From a virus: a DNA stretch of 64,000 nt. The stretch lies in the IMG/VR virus record IMGVR_UViG_3300045988_112440. The stretch is one strand, 5' to 3'. The position numbers and the translations under genes were made by a program. The notes beneath the pieces are model-generated. The model saw only the letters and a program-made list of their open reading frames with translations. It searched no databases and was not told the origin of the DNA. Within the stretch, counting starts at the first letter, position 1, and every line of letters starts with the position of its first letter. Shown piece by piece: positions 1-9,184 of the stretch.

Positions 1-541
1 CAAGTTTACCAAGTTTGTCCTCATCCAGAGTTCCTTGCTCCTTGGCAAGATCAAGAATCTCTGCCTGAATGTCTTTTGCTTGGTCAAAGTCCTCGGTGTC
101 CCAACCAGACTTGTCGCCAAGTTCTTCATAAGCACTGACCAAATCCTTTAAAGAGGAAGTGGTGCTCTGCGCAGCATCGGCGGCTTCCTTAGATTTCGTG
201 GCCGCAGTGTCAATACGCTGAGAATATTCAACAAATTTCTTTGTTATCCACGACAATGCAAAACCAATGCCAGCGCTTAATGCGGCATTAAGTAAAATAG
301 CTCGTGCCCGAAGCAACAACATACTGAGTGACAACTTGTTTGTTGCACCCTCGGCTCCCTCTGCTTGAACTTTACTTTGGATTAAAGCTGTGGTAAGATT
401 ACTAAGAGAAGGCCTTGCTCCGTTTGCCGCTTCTTTACACTGATTGTAAACTGCAACTAAACGCAAAAATTTCTTGATTATTGTGTCCCAAATGCTAGAT
501 GTCGTATCTGTTCCATTAGTAGAAAAGAAAGTTAATACCAA
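1..541 (-). CDS. membrane-anchored coiled-coil protein, possibly a second tape-measure segment (N-terminal part; ORF runs off window start)
   Basis: Frame open on - strand from TTG 539-541 to base 1; absent from ORF track because no stop lies in the window. Hydrophobic LLLRARAILLNAALSAGIGFALSWI is followed by an Ala/Lys/Glu/Asp-rich helix. RBS weak, so start uncertain. Confidence 0.45.
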   Translation of the reverse strand, partial: MVLTFFSTNGTDTTSSIWDTIIKKFLRLVAVYNQCKEAANGARPSLSNLTTALIQSKVQAEGAEGATNKLSLSMLLLRARAILLNAALSAGIGFALSWITKKFVEYSQRIDTAATKSKEAADAAQSTTSSLKDLVSAYEELGDKSGWDTEDFDQAKDIQAEILDLAKEQGTLDEDKLGKL

Positions 542-564
542 TCTACTTTTATGAGGAGAAAGTT

Positions 565-966
565 ATGAAAAAGATAGGATACTGTCATTGGTGTAACAAA
601 TATGCCGATTTAAATTATGGCTTTTGCCCGTTTTGCTCAAGTCAACTGATATCAATCAGTGCATGGAATAAAATGACCAACAAAGAAAGAGAAGATTGGT
701 TAAATAGAAATCCTAGACACAACCCTCCTAAAAAAATGTGGGGTGTTAATCTTGACTCCGCAGAAAAGGAAAACAAGCAAGCCCGTGCTCAACTTGAAGA
801 GGAAGCTCGTCTCGCTCAGTACAAGCCCACTTGTCCAGTGTGTCATTGCCCTGACTTAGAGAAAATCTCCGGCTTTGACAAGACTGTGGATATAGCTGTT
901 TGGGGCGTATGGTCGAGAAAGGCACATAAGCAGTTTAAATGCAAAGCGTGTGGATATGAATTCTAA
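565..966 (+). CDS. zinc-ribbon protein (CxxC pairs at both ends)
   Basis: 133-aa ORF with AGGAGA RBS; CHWC..CPFC at N-terminus and CPVC..CKAC at C-terminus; opposite strand to surrounding late genes (moron-like). Confidence 0.7.
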   Translation: MKKIGYCHWCNKYADLNYGFCPFCSSQLISISAWNKMTNKEREDWLNRNPRHNPPKKMWGVNLDSAEKENKQARAQLEEEARLAQYKPTCPVCHCPDLEKISGFDKTVDIAVWGVWSRKAHKQFKCKACGYEF

Positions 967-1058
967 CATTCTCCGTCAAATGTGAACTCCTGTTCATTTA
1001 CTTCTTTGTCTTTTTATGGTAGACTTAAATAAAGACTATAAGAAAGGAGGAGGTCACA

Positions 1059-1265
1059 ATGACTAGAGAAGAGTTTAATAAGATTCTTCAAGACGAGATC
1101 GAGAAGAATCGGAATAATTTTGCCAACGCTCTGTCGGCAAGAGAAGACAAGAAGATGACAGTTGAGCAAATGGTTGCCGCTGCGTACAATATGGCAGTCA
1201 CAGACGCAACCGCATCTCTTGTTGCTACTCTCGAAAAAATTGGTGTACTCAAGTACGAAGATTGA
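1059..1265 (+). CDS. hypothetical small protein
   Basis: 68-aa ORF preceded by GGAGGAGG RBS. Confidence 0.6.
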   Translation: MTREEFNKILQDEIEKNRNNFANALSAREDKKMTVEQMVAAAYNMAVTDATASLVATLEKIGVLKYED

Positions 1266-1401
1266 GTTGTGAAGTGATTTTTTGAGGCAGTCCTTTAACA
1301 ACTTCCTCAGCTAATACTTGAGTGTTACCAATAGGTTCTCGCTGCCCCTTGATATAGTCAAGAAAGGCAGTGAGTTCTTTTGTTTCAATTTCAATTTTCA
1401 T
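1249..1401 (-). CDS. hypothetical small protein (50 aa, internal Met of the 71-aa track ORF)
   Basis: ATG 1399-1401 has a GAGGT RBS about 10 nt upstream; MKIEIETKELTAFLDY... Confidence 0.3.
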   Translation of the reverse strand: MKIEIETKELTAFLDYIKGQREPIGNTQVLAEEVVKGLPQKITSQLNLRT

Positions 1402-1433
1402 ATACGAATTTACCTCGATTAAAAAATGCAAAG

Positions 1434-1517
1434 TTGGTTGATGTAGCAATATGGGGCTGGGCAAGCAGAAAGCCCGGCAAACAGTTCAAGTGTAAGAACT
1501 GTGGATACGAGTGGTAA
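1434..1517 (+). pseudogene. relic of the C-terminus of a second zinc-ribbon gene
   Basis: Translates LVDVAIWGWASRKPGKQFKCKNCGYEW*, matching TVDIAVWGVWSRKAHKQFKCKACGYEF* at the end of 565-966. No start codon and no N-terminal half. Confidence 0.5.
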
Positions 1518-1549
1518 AAGAAAAGCCCTGCCACACAAAGTAGCAGGGT
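1512..1549 (-). terminator. rho-independent terminator after 1568-2188
   Basis: Hairpin GCCCTGC/GCAGGGT (1525-1549), followed on the - strand by TTTTCTTTT. Confidence 0.6.
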
Positions 1550-1567
1550 AGTTGGTCGTATTTAGAT

Positions 1568-2188
1568 TTAGCGAAAAACGTATTTTGCCATTGCGGAATT
1601 TCTATCGCAATACAAAAACTCAAAACTCTTAACGCGACTCATTGGGATACAGAGGACAGAACCGGTATTTGCATTCTTTGCGGCATCATCCATATCCTTA
1701 CCAGACTTTGATTTTGCAGAGCAATGATATGTTAATGTAATATACTCATCATCTGCTGTTTCTAGTTTTCCTAAAATATGAGACCCATCATCCATGTTTA
1801 GCATCATCAAATTACCATGAGAATCGATATGCCTAGTCCAAATATTGTCACTCGGCTCAACTCCAAGAATGTTGACCATTATTTTTCGAGCCCAAACAGA
1901 GTTCTTGACTTTGTAAAATGCGGAAGCGGCAAGCAGCCCTAAAAGAACGTATGCCAGTACGATAGGAAAATCAACTACAACAAAAGGAAGGATTCTATCT
2001 AAGTAATCAACCGTATACTTTAATACAAAACCAACTGCGATACTTAAAATAAGATATCCCTGATATTCAATTTTCTTTAAAGACAGCTTCATATAAAACC
2101 AGACACAGATTGCGCCTGGAACAAATACATTAAACAGCGTATCAATGCTGTTGATTAGTTTTACTATTTCCGTCATCAGCGCCTCCAT
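1568..2188 (-). CDS. integral membrane protein (3 predicted TM helices plus soluble C-terminal domain)
   Basis: 206-aa ORF; hydrophobic N-terminal about 95 aa; own terminator. Candidate superinfection-exclusion or abortive-infection moron (speculative). Confidence 0.65.
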   Translation of the reverse strand: MEALMTEIVKLINSIDTLFNVFVPGAICVWFYMKLSLKKIEYQGYLILSIAVGFVLKYTVDYLDRILPFVVVDFPIVLAYVLLGLLAASAFYKVKNSVWARKIMVNILGVEPSDNIWTRHIDSHGNLMMLNMDDGSHILGKLETADDEYITLTYHCSAKSKSGKDMDDAAKNANTGSVLCIPMSRVKSFEFLYCDRNSAMAKYVFR

Positions 2189-2348
2189 CTTTGCTTTTCA
2201 ATCTATTATCACTATAATCTCTGAAATAAGCATTCAGCTGATTCTCTGTGGTTTCGTCCTTGCCGCCATGATACGTGTAGTCCGTAATAGAACGACCGCC
2301 AAAATTAGAAATTTCCATATTCGGCACATACTTTTTATTATTCTCCAT
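2142..2348 (-). CDS. hypothetical small acidic protein
   Basis: 68-aa ORF with AAGGAG RBS; overlaps the start of 1568-2188. Confidence 0.5.
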   Translation of the reverse strand: MENNKKYVPNMEISNFGGRSITDYTYHGGKDETTENQLNAYFRDYSDNRLKSKDGGADDGNSKTNQQH

Positions 2349-2400
2349 GATTCAACACTCCTTTTGTAAGAGTGTATCACAGACTGTCGCAAAAAGCAAC

Positions 2401-2443
2401 GCAAATTAAAACGCCCGGCCTCCCAGCAGTAGGGAAGTCGGGC
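2401..2443 (-). terminator. rho-independent terminator after 2464-2796
   Basis: 12-bp GC-rich hairpin 2413-2443, then GTTTTAATTT on the - strand. Confidence 0.6.
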
Positions 2444-2463
2444 TTGTTCATTATGATGATACC

Positions 2464-2796
2464 TTATTTTAGAAGTTCAGCGATCTCTTCAGCAGTCATG
2501 CCGCTGGCCAGTGCGTTGGCAACAATGTCTTCTGCCTTTTTGCGATTCAGCTCTGCTGCAATCTTTTCATCGGCATCAGCCTTTTTCTTTTCGAGCTTTA
2601 CAATCTCTTTGTTGATTTTTTTCAGCTCTGCTTCTTTTGCTTTTCTTTCAGCATTCAGCGCGGCAATATTCGTGCCGAGTGCTGCGATTTCTTCAGCGAT
2701 AGATTCTGCGGCAGTATTCTTTTCAGCAATCTGTGCCGCATAATCGATACCGTCAAGAACTTTTACTTTGTTCTTGCTTCCTTTAGGTCTAGCCAT
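2464..2796 (-). CDS. small protein with basic AT-hook-like N-terminus (ARPKGSKNK) and coiled coil
   Basis: Start moved to ATG 2794-2796 behind a GGAGGTG RBS; 110 aa. Confidence 0.6.
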   Translation of the reverse strand: MARPKGSKNKVKVLDGIDYAAQIAEKNTAAESIAEEIAALGTNIAALNAERKAKEAELKKINKEIVKLEKKKADADEKIAAELNRKKAEDIVANALASGMTAEEIAELLK

Positions 2797-3046
2797 AATA
2801 AAACACCTCCGTATATTTTGGATACGCAATTGTACTTTTATTATAGCCAGAATATCGTATGTAGTCAACGAATATTTTGTTTTCTCCTATTTGTATCGCG
2901 CCAGAGAATAGCGCGTCTCCTCGTTTCCACCTACTTCTTTAAGTCGTCTGATTACGTCTGAGGTGGACTTCTGAACTTTCGTCCAGAACTGACTATCTTT
3001 CCAGTGGTTGCTCACTGACCCTTTTTAGTCGATGAACCTTCCACCC

Positions 3047-3061
3047 TCCTACATTATATAA
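3047..3061. repeat. 15-mer TCCTACATTATATAA, copy 1
   Basis: Identical 15-mer recurs 152 nt away inside a 425-nt non-coding stretch downstream of the tape-measure gene. Confidence 0.7.
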
Positions 3062-3198
3062 TAGGGGAATGGATCGGCTGCTGACCGCCCATTATAAACG
3101 CTACTTAGCACTCGATTGTTGCCATATTTTGACAATACGATAAAAACGAGCTTTTATCTCAGCATATAGCATCCATATCCTTATTTCTATCTTTCGAT

Positions 3199-3213
3199 TC
3201 CTACATTATATAA
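3199..3213. repeat. 15-mer TCCTACATTATATAA, copy 2
   Basis: See copy 1. On the - strand it reads TTATATAATGTAGGA, which shares TATAATGTAG with the 20-nt element at 61716. Confidence 0.7.
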
Positions 3214-3293
3214 ATATAGGTGATATGGCTCTTAGGGTTTCCCAGCACTCTAGGGGCTATTTTATTTTTACATGGTGCCGCATCCTATATTTT

Positions 3294-6200
3294 TTATACG
3301 CAACAAACATAAGAGGGCATATTAACTTTACCCGCACCATTTTTGAGCTTTCCGCTCATCTGCATTACGGACAGCACACCGGAGATGGCGGCTGTCAAAG
3401 TGGGTAATGCACCAGCAAATTTTACAGCGTTATCTGCACCGTCAACAAAAACCGTTGCAAGATCTACGAAAAACTTCGGGATATCTGACTTCATCAAGTC
3501 CGTACTAAACTTCTGGAATGCAGAATCAAGCTGATTAAGCTTTGCCTGCAAGGAATCCATGTACGTCTGGTTCTCACGCATTGCGCTGCCGCTAGAATTA
3601 AGCGCTTGCTTCATAGCATCTTCAGCAACGCTAAAATTATTCAGCAGGGCAGATGTACTCTGACCTCCTCTCTTACCAGAGATCAGCTCAGTAATATTTG
3701 CCTGTGTTGTGTCAGACAGATTTTTCCAAACCTCAGAAAGTTCCTTCATAATCTGATATGTTGATTTGAAGGTATTATTATCCTTCATAATATCAACACC
3801 AGCAAGTTGCTTCAACTCAGATCGAAGTTCGGATACAGAATCTGCCATCCCATCTGTTGCGATACCGGCATTTTCAGCATCTGTTTTTGAAGCACGAAGG
3901 TACATACTCAAAGTTTTTAGGTAAGTGCCACTCGTATCGGCGTCCTGAAGTACACCATTCACAGCAGCCGCCAAACTAAGCGTCTCCTGATATGTATTTC
4001 CGGCGGCAGACATCGCAGCTGAACTTTTCTGCATGATAATTCCAAGGTCGTTCATACTGACTGGTTCGGTATTAGCGATTTGGTTCATGCAGTCCAGAAG
4101 ACGCTCTGCATCATCAGCAACCAACCCAAAACCTTGCATTGCAGAAATCAGGTAAGAAGAAGCAGTTGTTGCATTATCTATTTGGTCTCCAACGTTAGCC
4201 ATAAGAGCAGACACACGAGCAAGCTCTTCTGAATCTTTATCAGTGTATCCAAGGCGTTTCCAATCGGCTGTGCTACTCACAAGATCAGAGATATTCGCAC
4301 CAAGTTCACGAGCGTTTGTTGCAGTTCTATCGAGATATTCATTCATCTCGTCGCCAGTCATTTTACTGACTTTTTTAAGCTCTGTTACAGCCGTGTCCAG
4401 TTCCAGAACATTATCATAAACCTCTCGCAGACCTTGTTTGACCATTGCAACGCCAGCCATAGCGATGGCGGTCTGGAAGTGCTCCTTAAACAAACGAGAC
4501 AGTTTTTGACCAAGCGTTTCAGTTTCGAGACCAGCTTGGTGGCAAGCATTTTGGAATTTGCTGACTTTCATTTGAGCTTCTTCAAAAGAATAACTGTTAT
4601 TCTTAATCGCATCGAAAAGCTCGTTATATTCTGCTTCAAACTTTGAGCCTTCAAATCCATGAAGTGTTTCTTTATACTGATATAGAGTACGCATAAGATT
4701 TTCTATCTTATCTGTATCAGTATTTGCTGTCTTTGTCTGACGGCTTTGCCCCAAAGCATCGTCAATATGTTTTCTCACCTGAACAAGTAAATCGTCAACT
4801 TGACTAAGTGTTGCTTTAAACTCTGTTGGACCTTTATTTTCATCCAACTGTTTCATAGCAGCATCTAGCTCTGCCAATACTTGTTGCCCAGTTTTGCCAT
4901 CATCCAACACGCCTGTGTTAAATTGCCCTAAAGCAACACTATTTTTTCTTGTGAATTCCGTACTACTTAATCTATTTTGAATAGTGTTATAGGCAGCTTG
5001 CTTTGAACGGACTTGACCGTGCTTCTGTTCGGCTTCTTTCTGCAAATCCTCTTCTGATTTCAAAGCTTGCTCAATTTGAATTTTTACCTTTAGCCACTCG
5101 TCAACAATATCACTTACTCGTTGTTTGTACGTAGCAGATTGAGTGTTCATTCCCTTTAAAGAATTAAGTTGGCTTTCAAGACTACCATCAAGAGAATTCG
5201 TCTTACTATCGCCAATAAGAACACTGTCAAAACTGTGGTTTCCGGCCTGCTCTAATTCTAATTCTTTTTTACGGATTTCAGTTAATGTTCTTCTCGCAGT
5301 GGATTCAAGGTCTTTGTATCCATCCGTGTAAACAGACATGGACGCTTTTGCACTAATAAAAGCATCATCTAAGTCTTTTACGCCTTTCTTGTATGCATCT
5401 GAACTATGGTCTGAATCCAACTTTTTAGACGCATCAATAATACCGTCAATGGAATCTCTCAATTCTTGCGAAGCAGTGTCGCTGTCCTTAATGGATTCCT
5501 TCCATTTCAGCGCCTGTTCCGTCATGCTCTTGACATGATTTTCAGCTTTCTTCTGAGCTTCATCAAAAGTACTCATCTGGCGAGTGGCGTCAGCCCATGT
5601 ATCAGCGACAACCTTTAATTGATTAACATAATCTTGCGTTCCGGTTTCAAGCGTGTTAAGAATATCAATCTGCTTTTGAACATCCGCAAGAGAAGATTTT
5701 ACATCAGAAGCTCCAGAAAAATTCTTATATTTATTATTGGCGTCAGCAAGATTATTTAAGTACGTATTAGTTTGATCGCTTTGTGATTTTTTTAAAGCCT
5801 TTAACGCTCCATCATTCGCGGCATTCTTTAACCCTTGAAGCCGAGCCTCAAGCCTAGAAATACTATTAGTTGTTGCTCGTTCAATTTCGGAAATTTTGCT
5901 AAACTCTTCCGTCGGAAGAATGTTTACAAGTTCTGTACGCAGCCGACCAGCTTCATTTCTAACAGCTTGAAGTTGACGTAAAACCTCTTCTAACTCTGGC
6001 TGATTCTTACCAGACGATTCAAGTTTGAGAGCATCCTTATAAAGAGAACCTTTTTCTTGAACCCTTCGGTAAAAAGCATCTAGTTTTTGTTTCGCTTCAT
6101 TAGTGTTTAAGTTTACTTTGACTTCGGCTTTCGCATTTTTCGCGCCAGACTGTGCTTTATCAACAGCCTTTTTTACAGCAGCATCAATATTAGATTCATC

Positions 6201-6461
6201 TATTTTCAAAGTGAGTTTTGGAGACTCTACCTTTTTAATGATTCGCTTCAATGCGGCATTAACATTGCCGATGGTTGCGCCTTCGTTTACACCAAAAGCA
6301 ATCTCCACAGGAGCCTTTTTAAAACTGTTTTGAACTCCTTTAAATTGATTTTTTAACTCCTCGGTAGTAGTATCAAGAACGACCTTGACCTTTATGGCCG
6401 TTACAGAGGAAGTATCAGCACTACTTGCGTTGTTTGTATTATCCGCCATACCGTTGGTCAC
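3294..6461 (-). CDS. tail tape measure protein (TP901-type core region near C-terminus)
   Basis: 1055 aa. Long coiled-coil N-terminal part, then ...ELGANISDLVSSTADWKRLGY...SSYLISAMQGFGL...MNQIANTEPVSMNDLGIIMQKSSAAMSAAGNTYQETLSLAAAVNGVLQDADTSGTYLKTL, typical of the TMP core; hydrophobic C-terminus. Confidence 0.85.
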   Translation of the reverse strand: MTNGMADNTNNASSADTSSVTAIKVKVVLDTTTEELKNQFKGVQNSFKKAPVEIAFGVNEGATIGNVNAALKRIIKKVESPKLTLKIDESNIDAAVKKAVDKAQSGAKNAKAEVKVNLNTNEAKQKLDAFYRRVQEKGSLYKDALKLESSGKNQPELEEVLRQLQAVRNEAGRLRTELVNILPTEEFSKISEIERATTNSISRLEARLQGLKNAANDGALKALKKSQSDQTNTYLNNLADANNKYKNFSGASDVKSSLADVQKQIDILNTLETGTQDYVNQLKVVADTWADATRQMSTFDEAQKKAENHVKSMTEQALKWKESIKDSDTASQELRDSIDGIIDASKKLDSDHSSDAYKKGVKDLDDAFISAKASMSVYTDGYKDLESTARRTLTEIRKKELELEQAGNHSFDSVLIGDSKTNSLDGSLESQLNSLKGMNTQSATYKQRVSDIVDEWLKVKIQIEQALKSEEDLQKEAEQKHGQVRSKQAAYNTIQNRLSSTEFTRKNSVALGQFNTGVLDDGKTGQQVLAELDAAMKQLDENKGPTEFKATLSQVDDLLVQVRKHIDDALGQSRQTKTANTDTDKIENLMRTLYQYKETLHGFEGSKFEAEYNELFDAIKNNSYSFEEAQMKVSKFQNACHQAGLETETLGQKLSRLFKEHFQTAIAMAGVAMVKQGLREVYDNVLELDTAVTELKKVSKMTGDEMNEYLDRTATNARELGANISDLVSSTADWKRLGYTDKDSEELARVSALMANVGDQIDNATTASSYLISAMQGFGLVADDAERLLDCMNQIANTEPVSMNDLGIIMQKSSAAMSAAGNTYQETLSLAAAVNGVLQDADTSGTYLKTLSMYLRASKTDAENAGIATDGMADSVSELRSELKQLAGVDIMKDNNTFKSTYQIMKELSEVWKNLSDTTQANITELISGKRGGQSTSALLNNFSVAEDAMKQALNSSGSAMRENQTYMDSLQAKLNQLDSAFQKFSTDLMKSDIPKFFVDLATVFVDGADNAVKFAGALPTLTAAISGVLSVMQMSGKLKNGAGKVNMPSYVCCV

Positions 6462-6489
6462 CTCTCTTTTCCATTTTCAACATTCCTTT

Positions 6490-6538
6490 CAAAACAAAAA
6501 AGAGAAGCGGCCAGCTCCTTAAAGCCGGCCCTCCTCTC
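6490..6538 (-). terminator. rho-independent terminator between 6580-7137 and the tape-measure gene
   Basis: GC-rich imperfect hairpin 6501-6537, followed on the - strand by TTTTTTGTTTT. Confidence 0.5.
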
Positions 6539-6579
6539 ATTGAATTTTATTCCAAATAAATCCTCATAAAAGATGGCTT

Positions 6580-7137
6580 TTACAATCCATGTAAAGCCGT
6601 CTTAACAATCATTGCCGCCTCGACTTGCGCAGGAGCAATAAACGGACGTGCAGGGCGATATTCTTTCTGCCCGCCAGACCGAAGATAATAACTCAGATCC
6701 ATCCAAAGACCATTTTCAATCCAGTTCGCAAACATAGTTCCACCAACAGCCGCGTTCTCACGCTCATCAAATAGAATATTTGCTCCACCATATTCGTTCC
6801 AAACAATCGGTGAGTCACCAAAATGATATTCTCTGTACAGTAAAGTATCTGCTACACGTTGAGAATCGAGCTTTTTCCCACCAAGAAAATAAGACGGTTG
6901 CGGTTTTGCAATATCTTTTACAATCATCGTAACAGTATTCCCATCACGAGTCACACTACTTACAATATTACTTGCATCTTCGATTCCAGCAGAGCGAGCG
7001 GACTGTGATTTAATATTTCTCCTTGCACTTGTCTGTAAAACGGATTCAATTTGCGGAGCTACGTCCTGCATAATCTGCTCCACACCATCTGCTACATCAC
7101 TCAATAGATCATCGAAGTTTGTGTATGACTGTTTCAT
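6580..7137 (-). CDS. structural protein, possibly HK97 gp10-like tail/neck component
   Basis: 185 aa; C-terminal RPARPFIAPAQ resembles the gp10-family motif as I recall it; lies next to the TMP gene. Confidence 0.4.
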   Translation of the reverse strand: MKQSYTNFDDLLSDVADGVEQIMQDVAPQIESVLQTSARRNIKSQSARSAGIEDASNIVSSVTRDGNTVTMIVKDIAKPQPSYFLGGKKLDSQRVADTLLYREYHFGDSPIVWNEYGGANILFDERENAAVGGTMFANWIENGLWMDLSYYLRSGGQKEYRPARPFIAPAQVEAAMIVKTALHGL

Positions 7138-7147
7138 TCACTCCACC

Positions 7148-8137
7148 TCAAATCTCAAACCGATCCTTTGCGGACTGAATCTTGGTCGTATCCTTCTTGA
7201 TGTAATACTTGTTGGTCACATCCGTACCAGCATGGTTAAGCAGGGAAGATACGTCTTCCAGACTCATACCGGCATTCTTCAACAGAGTAGCACCACTGTG
7301 CCGGAAATCATGCGGATGCAGCGTTGGCTCATCAATCATCTCGCCAATCTTCTTACACCAGTCACCGGCAGTGCTTGAGGTAATCGGCATCCATGCACCA
7401 TTGATTTTCGTACCAACGAACACATAGCCACCATCCTCAATATCATGCTCAGTGCGATACTCTTTCAGTTCTTTCAAAAGCTCAGAAACTTCCTTACTAA
7501 ACATCAAATCTACGATTTTACCTTCTTTTTCCAGAACGTCATGCACCATGCGGTTCTCATAGTCGATAGACTTCCAAAGCGTATTCCGCACAGCATTGAC
7601 ACGAGCCATCGTTGATAGCGAGAACAGTGCATACAGACGCAGCGTCATCGCATTATCCTTCATGTGAACGGTGGTCGCAGATTCAACCAGAGCGTTCAGC
7701 TTCTCTCGCATCAACTTAACCTCATCAGGCGTAAGGTATGTCTGCTTCACAACAGCCACATCCTTGGTCGGTCGGTCAATGAACTCCATCGGATTTTCTT
7801 TGATGATTTTCTTCTTGCGAAGATACCGGTACAGCGCAGAAATCGTACTCATACGTCGCTTCATACGAGCAGAGTTATTTCCATGCTTCTTACAATAGAA
7901 CAGAAATTCCTCAATATCCTCTTCCTCAAGTTCCGTCACAGGAGCATTACCCTGATTGTCCAGAACATAAATCATCCACTGCTTGAAATCCGATTCATAA
8001 TTGTAAACAGTAGACGGGCTGAGATCACGGATGCCCATATCAGTCTCATATCTATCCCAGTATTTCAAAGACACTGGGTTTACGTTTTTGAACTTCTCAG
8101 CATCCCATAACTTCAGCGGTTTACTTCTTGTAGCCAT
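7148..8137 (-). CDS. tyrosine recombinase (XerC/D or phage-integrase type, catalytic residues present)
   Basis: 329 aa; SAM-like N-terminal domain; ARVNAV (Arg I), HPHDFRHSGAT (HxxR), LLNHAGTDVTNKYY (His..Tyr). Confidence 0.85.
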   Translation of the reverse strand: MATRSKPLKLWDAEKFKNVNPVSLKYWDRYETDMGIRDLSPSTVYNYESDFKQWMIYVLDNQGNAPVTELEEEDIEEFLFYCKKHGNNSARMKRRMSTISALYRYLRKKKIIKENPMEFIDRPTKDVAVVKQTYLTPDEVKLMREKLNALVESATTVHMKDNAMTLRLYALFSLSTMARVNAVRNTLWKSIDYENRMVHDVLEKEGKIVDLMFSKEVSELLKELKEYRTEHDIEDGGYVFVGTKINGAWMPITSSTAGDWCKKIGEMIDEPTLHPHDFRHSGATLLKNAGMSLEDVSSLLNHAGTDVTNKYYIKKDTTKIQSAKDRFEI

Positions 8138-8171
8138 ATTAAAATTCCCTCCAACCCACCTCTAAAAGTGT

Positions 8172-8681
8172 TTATTCCTTTTTATCTTTTGCCAGCACAG
8201 CAGAGATCTCCTGCTTATTGTCCAGCAGGGCAGAAGTCACTTCAGAAAACTTCTCAACATCAAAGTCATTCAAGTTGCCCTTCACATCATTCAAATAGTT
8301 CTCCATAAAGTCAACGAAATCAGAAATAGGGTCAGGCTTCTCAATAATCTCGTTGAGCTTGCCACAGAGACCAAGAACAAGCCATTCCTTATGAGAACGG
8401 TCAATCTGCTCGTGGACAGCCTTCTCCAGAGAATCGTACTGATCCCAGAATGCAGAAGTATCACAACCAGCCTTGTTAATCTTGAAGTTAAAAGACTCGT
8501 AAGCAATACGCGGCCACTCACTCTGCGGCTCACTACGATAATCATAATCCGCAAAATACTTTAGAACGGTTAGCCGAAACATCACATCAAGCAGTGCGGG
8601 CTGATAATCACCGTCAATAGTACATGCCTTAACTACTTCATCAAGAAACTCATTTCGCTCCTGAAAATTTAAAACCTTCAT
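8172..8681 (-). CDS. acidic hypothetical protein (possible tail assembly chaperone)
   Basis: 169-aa acidic ORF located between the tail tube and TMP genes. Confidence 0.5.
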   Translation of the reverse strand: MKVLNFQERNEFLDEVVKACTIDGDYQPALLDVMFRLTVLKYFADYDYRSEPQSEWPRIAYESFNFKINKAGCDTSAFWDQYDSLEKAVHEQIDRSHKEWLVLGLCGKLNEIIEKPDPISDFVDFMENYLNDVKGNLNDFDVEKFSEVTSALLDNKQEISAVLAKDKKE

Positions 8682-8682
8682 T

Positions 8683-9156
8683 TTATCTCCCTTTCGTCTG
8701 TGCTTGCTTTAATTTCTTTCGCTCTTTTCGAGCTTTTTTTAGGTCGTCGTAATCGACCCAACCTCCATCAATTTTGGAGTATGTGATCCAGCGGTAATCT
8801 ACATCAGGATACTTGAACCAGAACATCTTGCGCTTCATCAGCGCAACACTATCAGCGAATCCTTTCGTATCAATCACTTGTTTGCTGCCATCTCGATATG
8901 TAATTTCATAGTCCGCCACATAATCAATCTTCCGAACCGCTACGTCCTTTCCGTCCTTATCGACCCGGCGGAACGCTTCCTGCAGAAGGAAGGGGACTTG
9001 CTTACGACACTCTACAATTTCGCCGCTTGCCAGCCTTGGCAATACAATATCTCGATAAAACAACATTTCTGCCTTACTATCATAAACTACGCCGTCATAT
9101 GTTCTATCTGCTGGATTCTTACTGACATTAAACTTTGTCCTGTTCTTTTTCTCCAT
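8683..9156 (-). CDS. DUF1064-like PD-(D/E)xK nuclease-fold protein
   Basis: 157 aa; YDSKAEMLFYRD...IDYVADYEITYRDGSKQVIDTKG pattern plus a basic tail; GGTGG RBS. Confidence 0.5.
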   Translation of the reverse strand: MEKKNRTKFNVSKNPADRTYDGVVYDSKAEMLFYRDIVLPRLASGEIVECRKQVPFLLQEAFRRVDKDGKDVAVRKIDYVADYEITYRDGSKQVIDTKGFADSVALMKRKMFWFKYPDVDYRWITYSKIDGGWVDYDDLKKARKERKKLKQAQTKGR

Positions 9157-9184
9157 AAAACCACCACGAAAAACAAAGGGGCGG

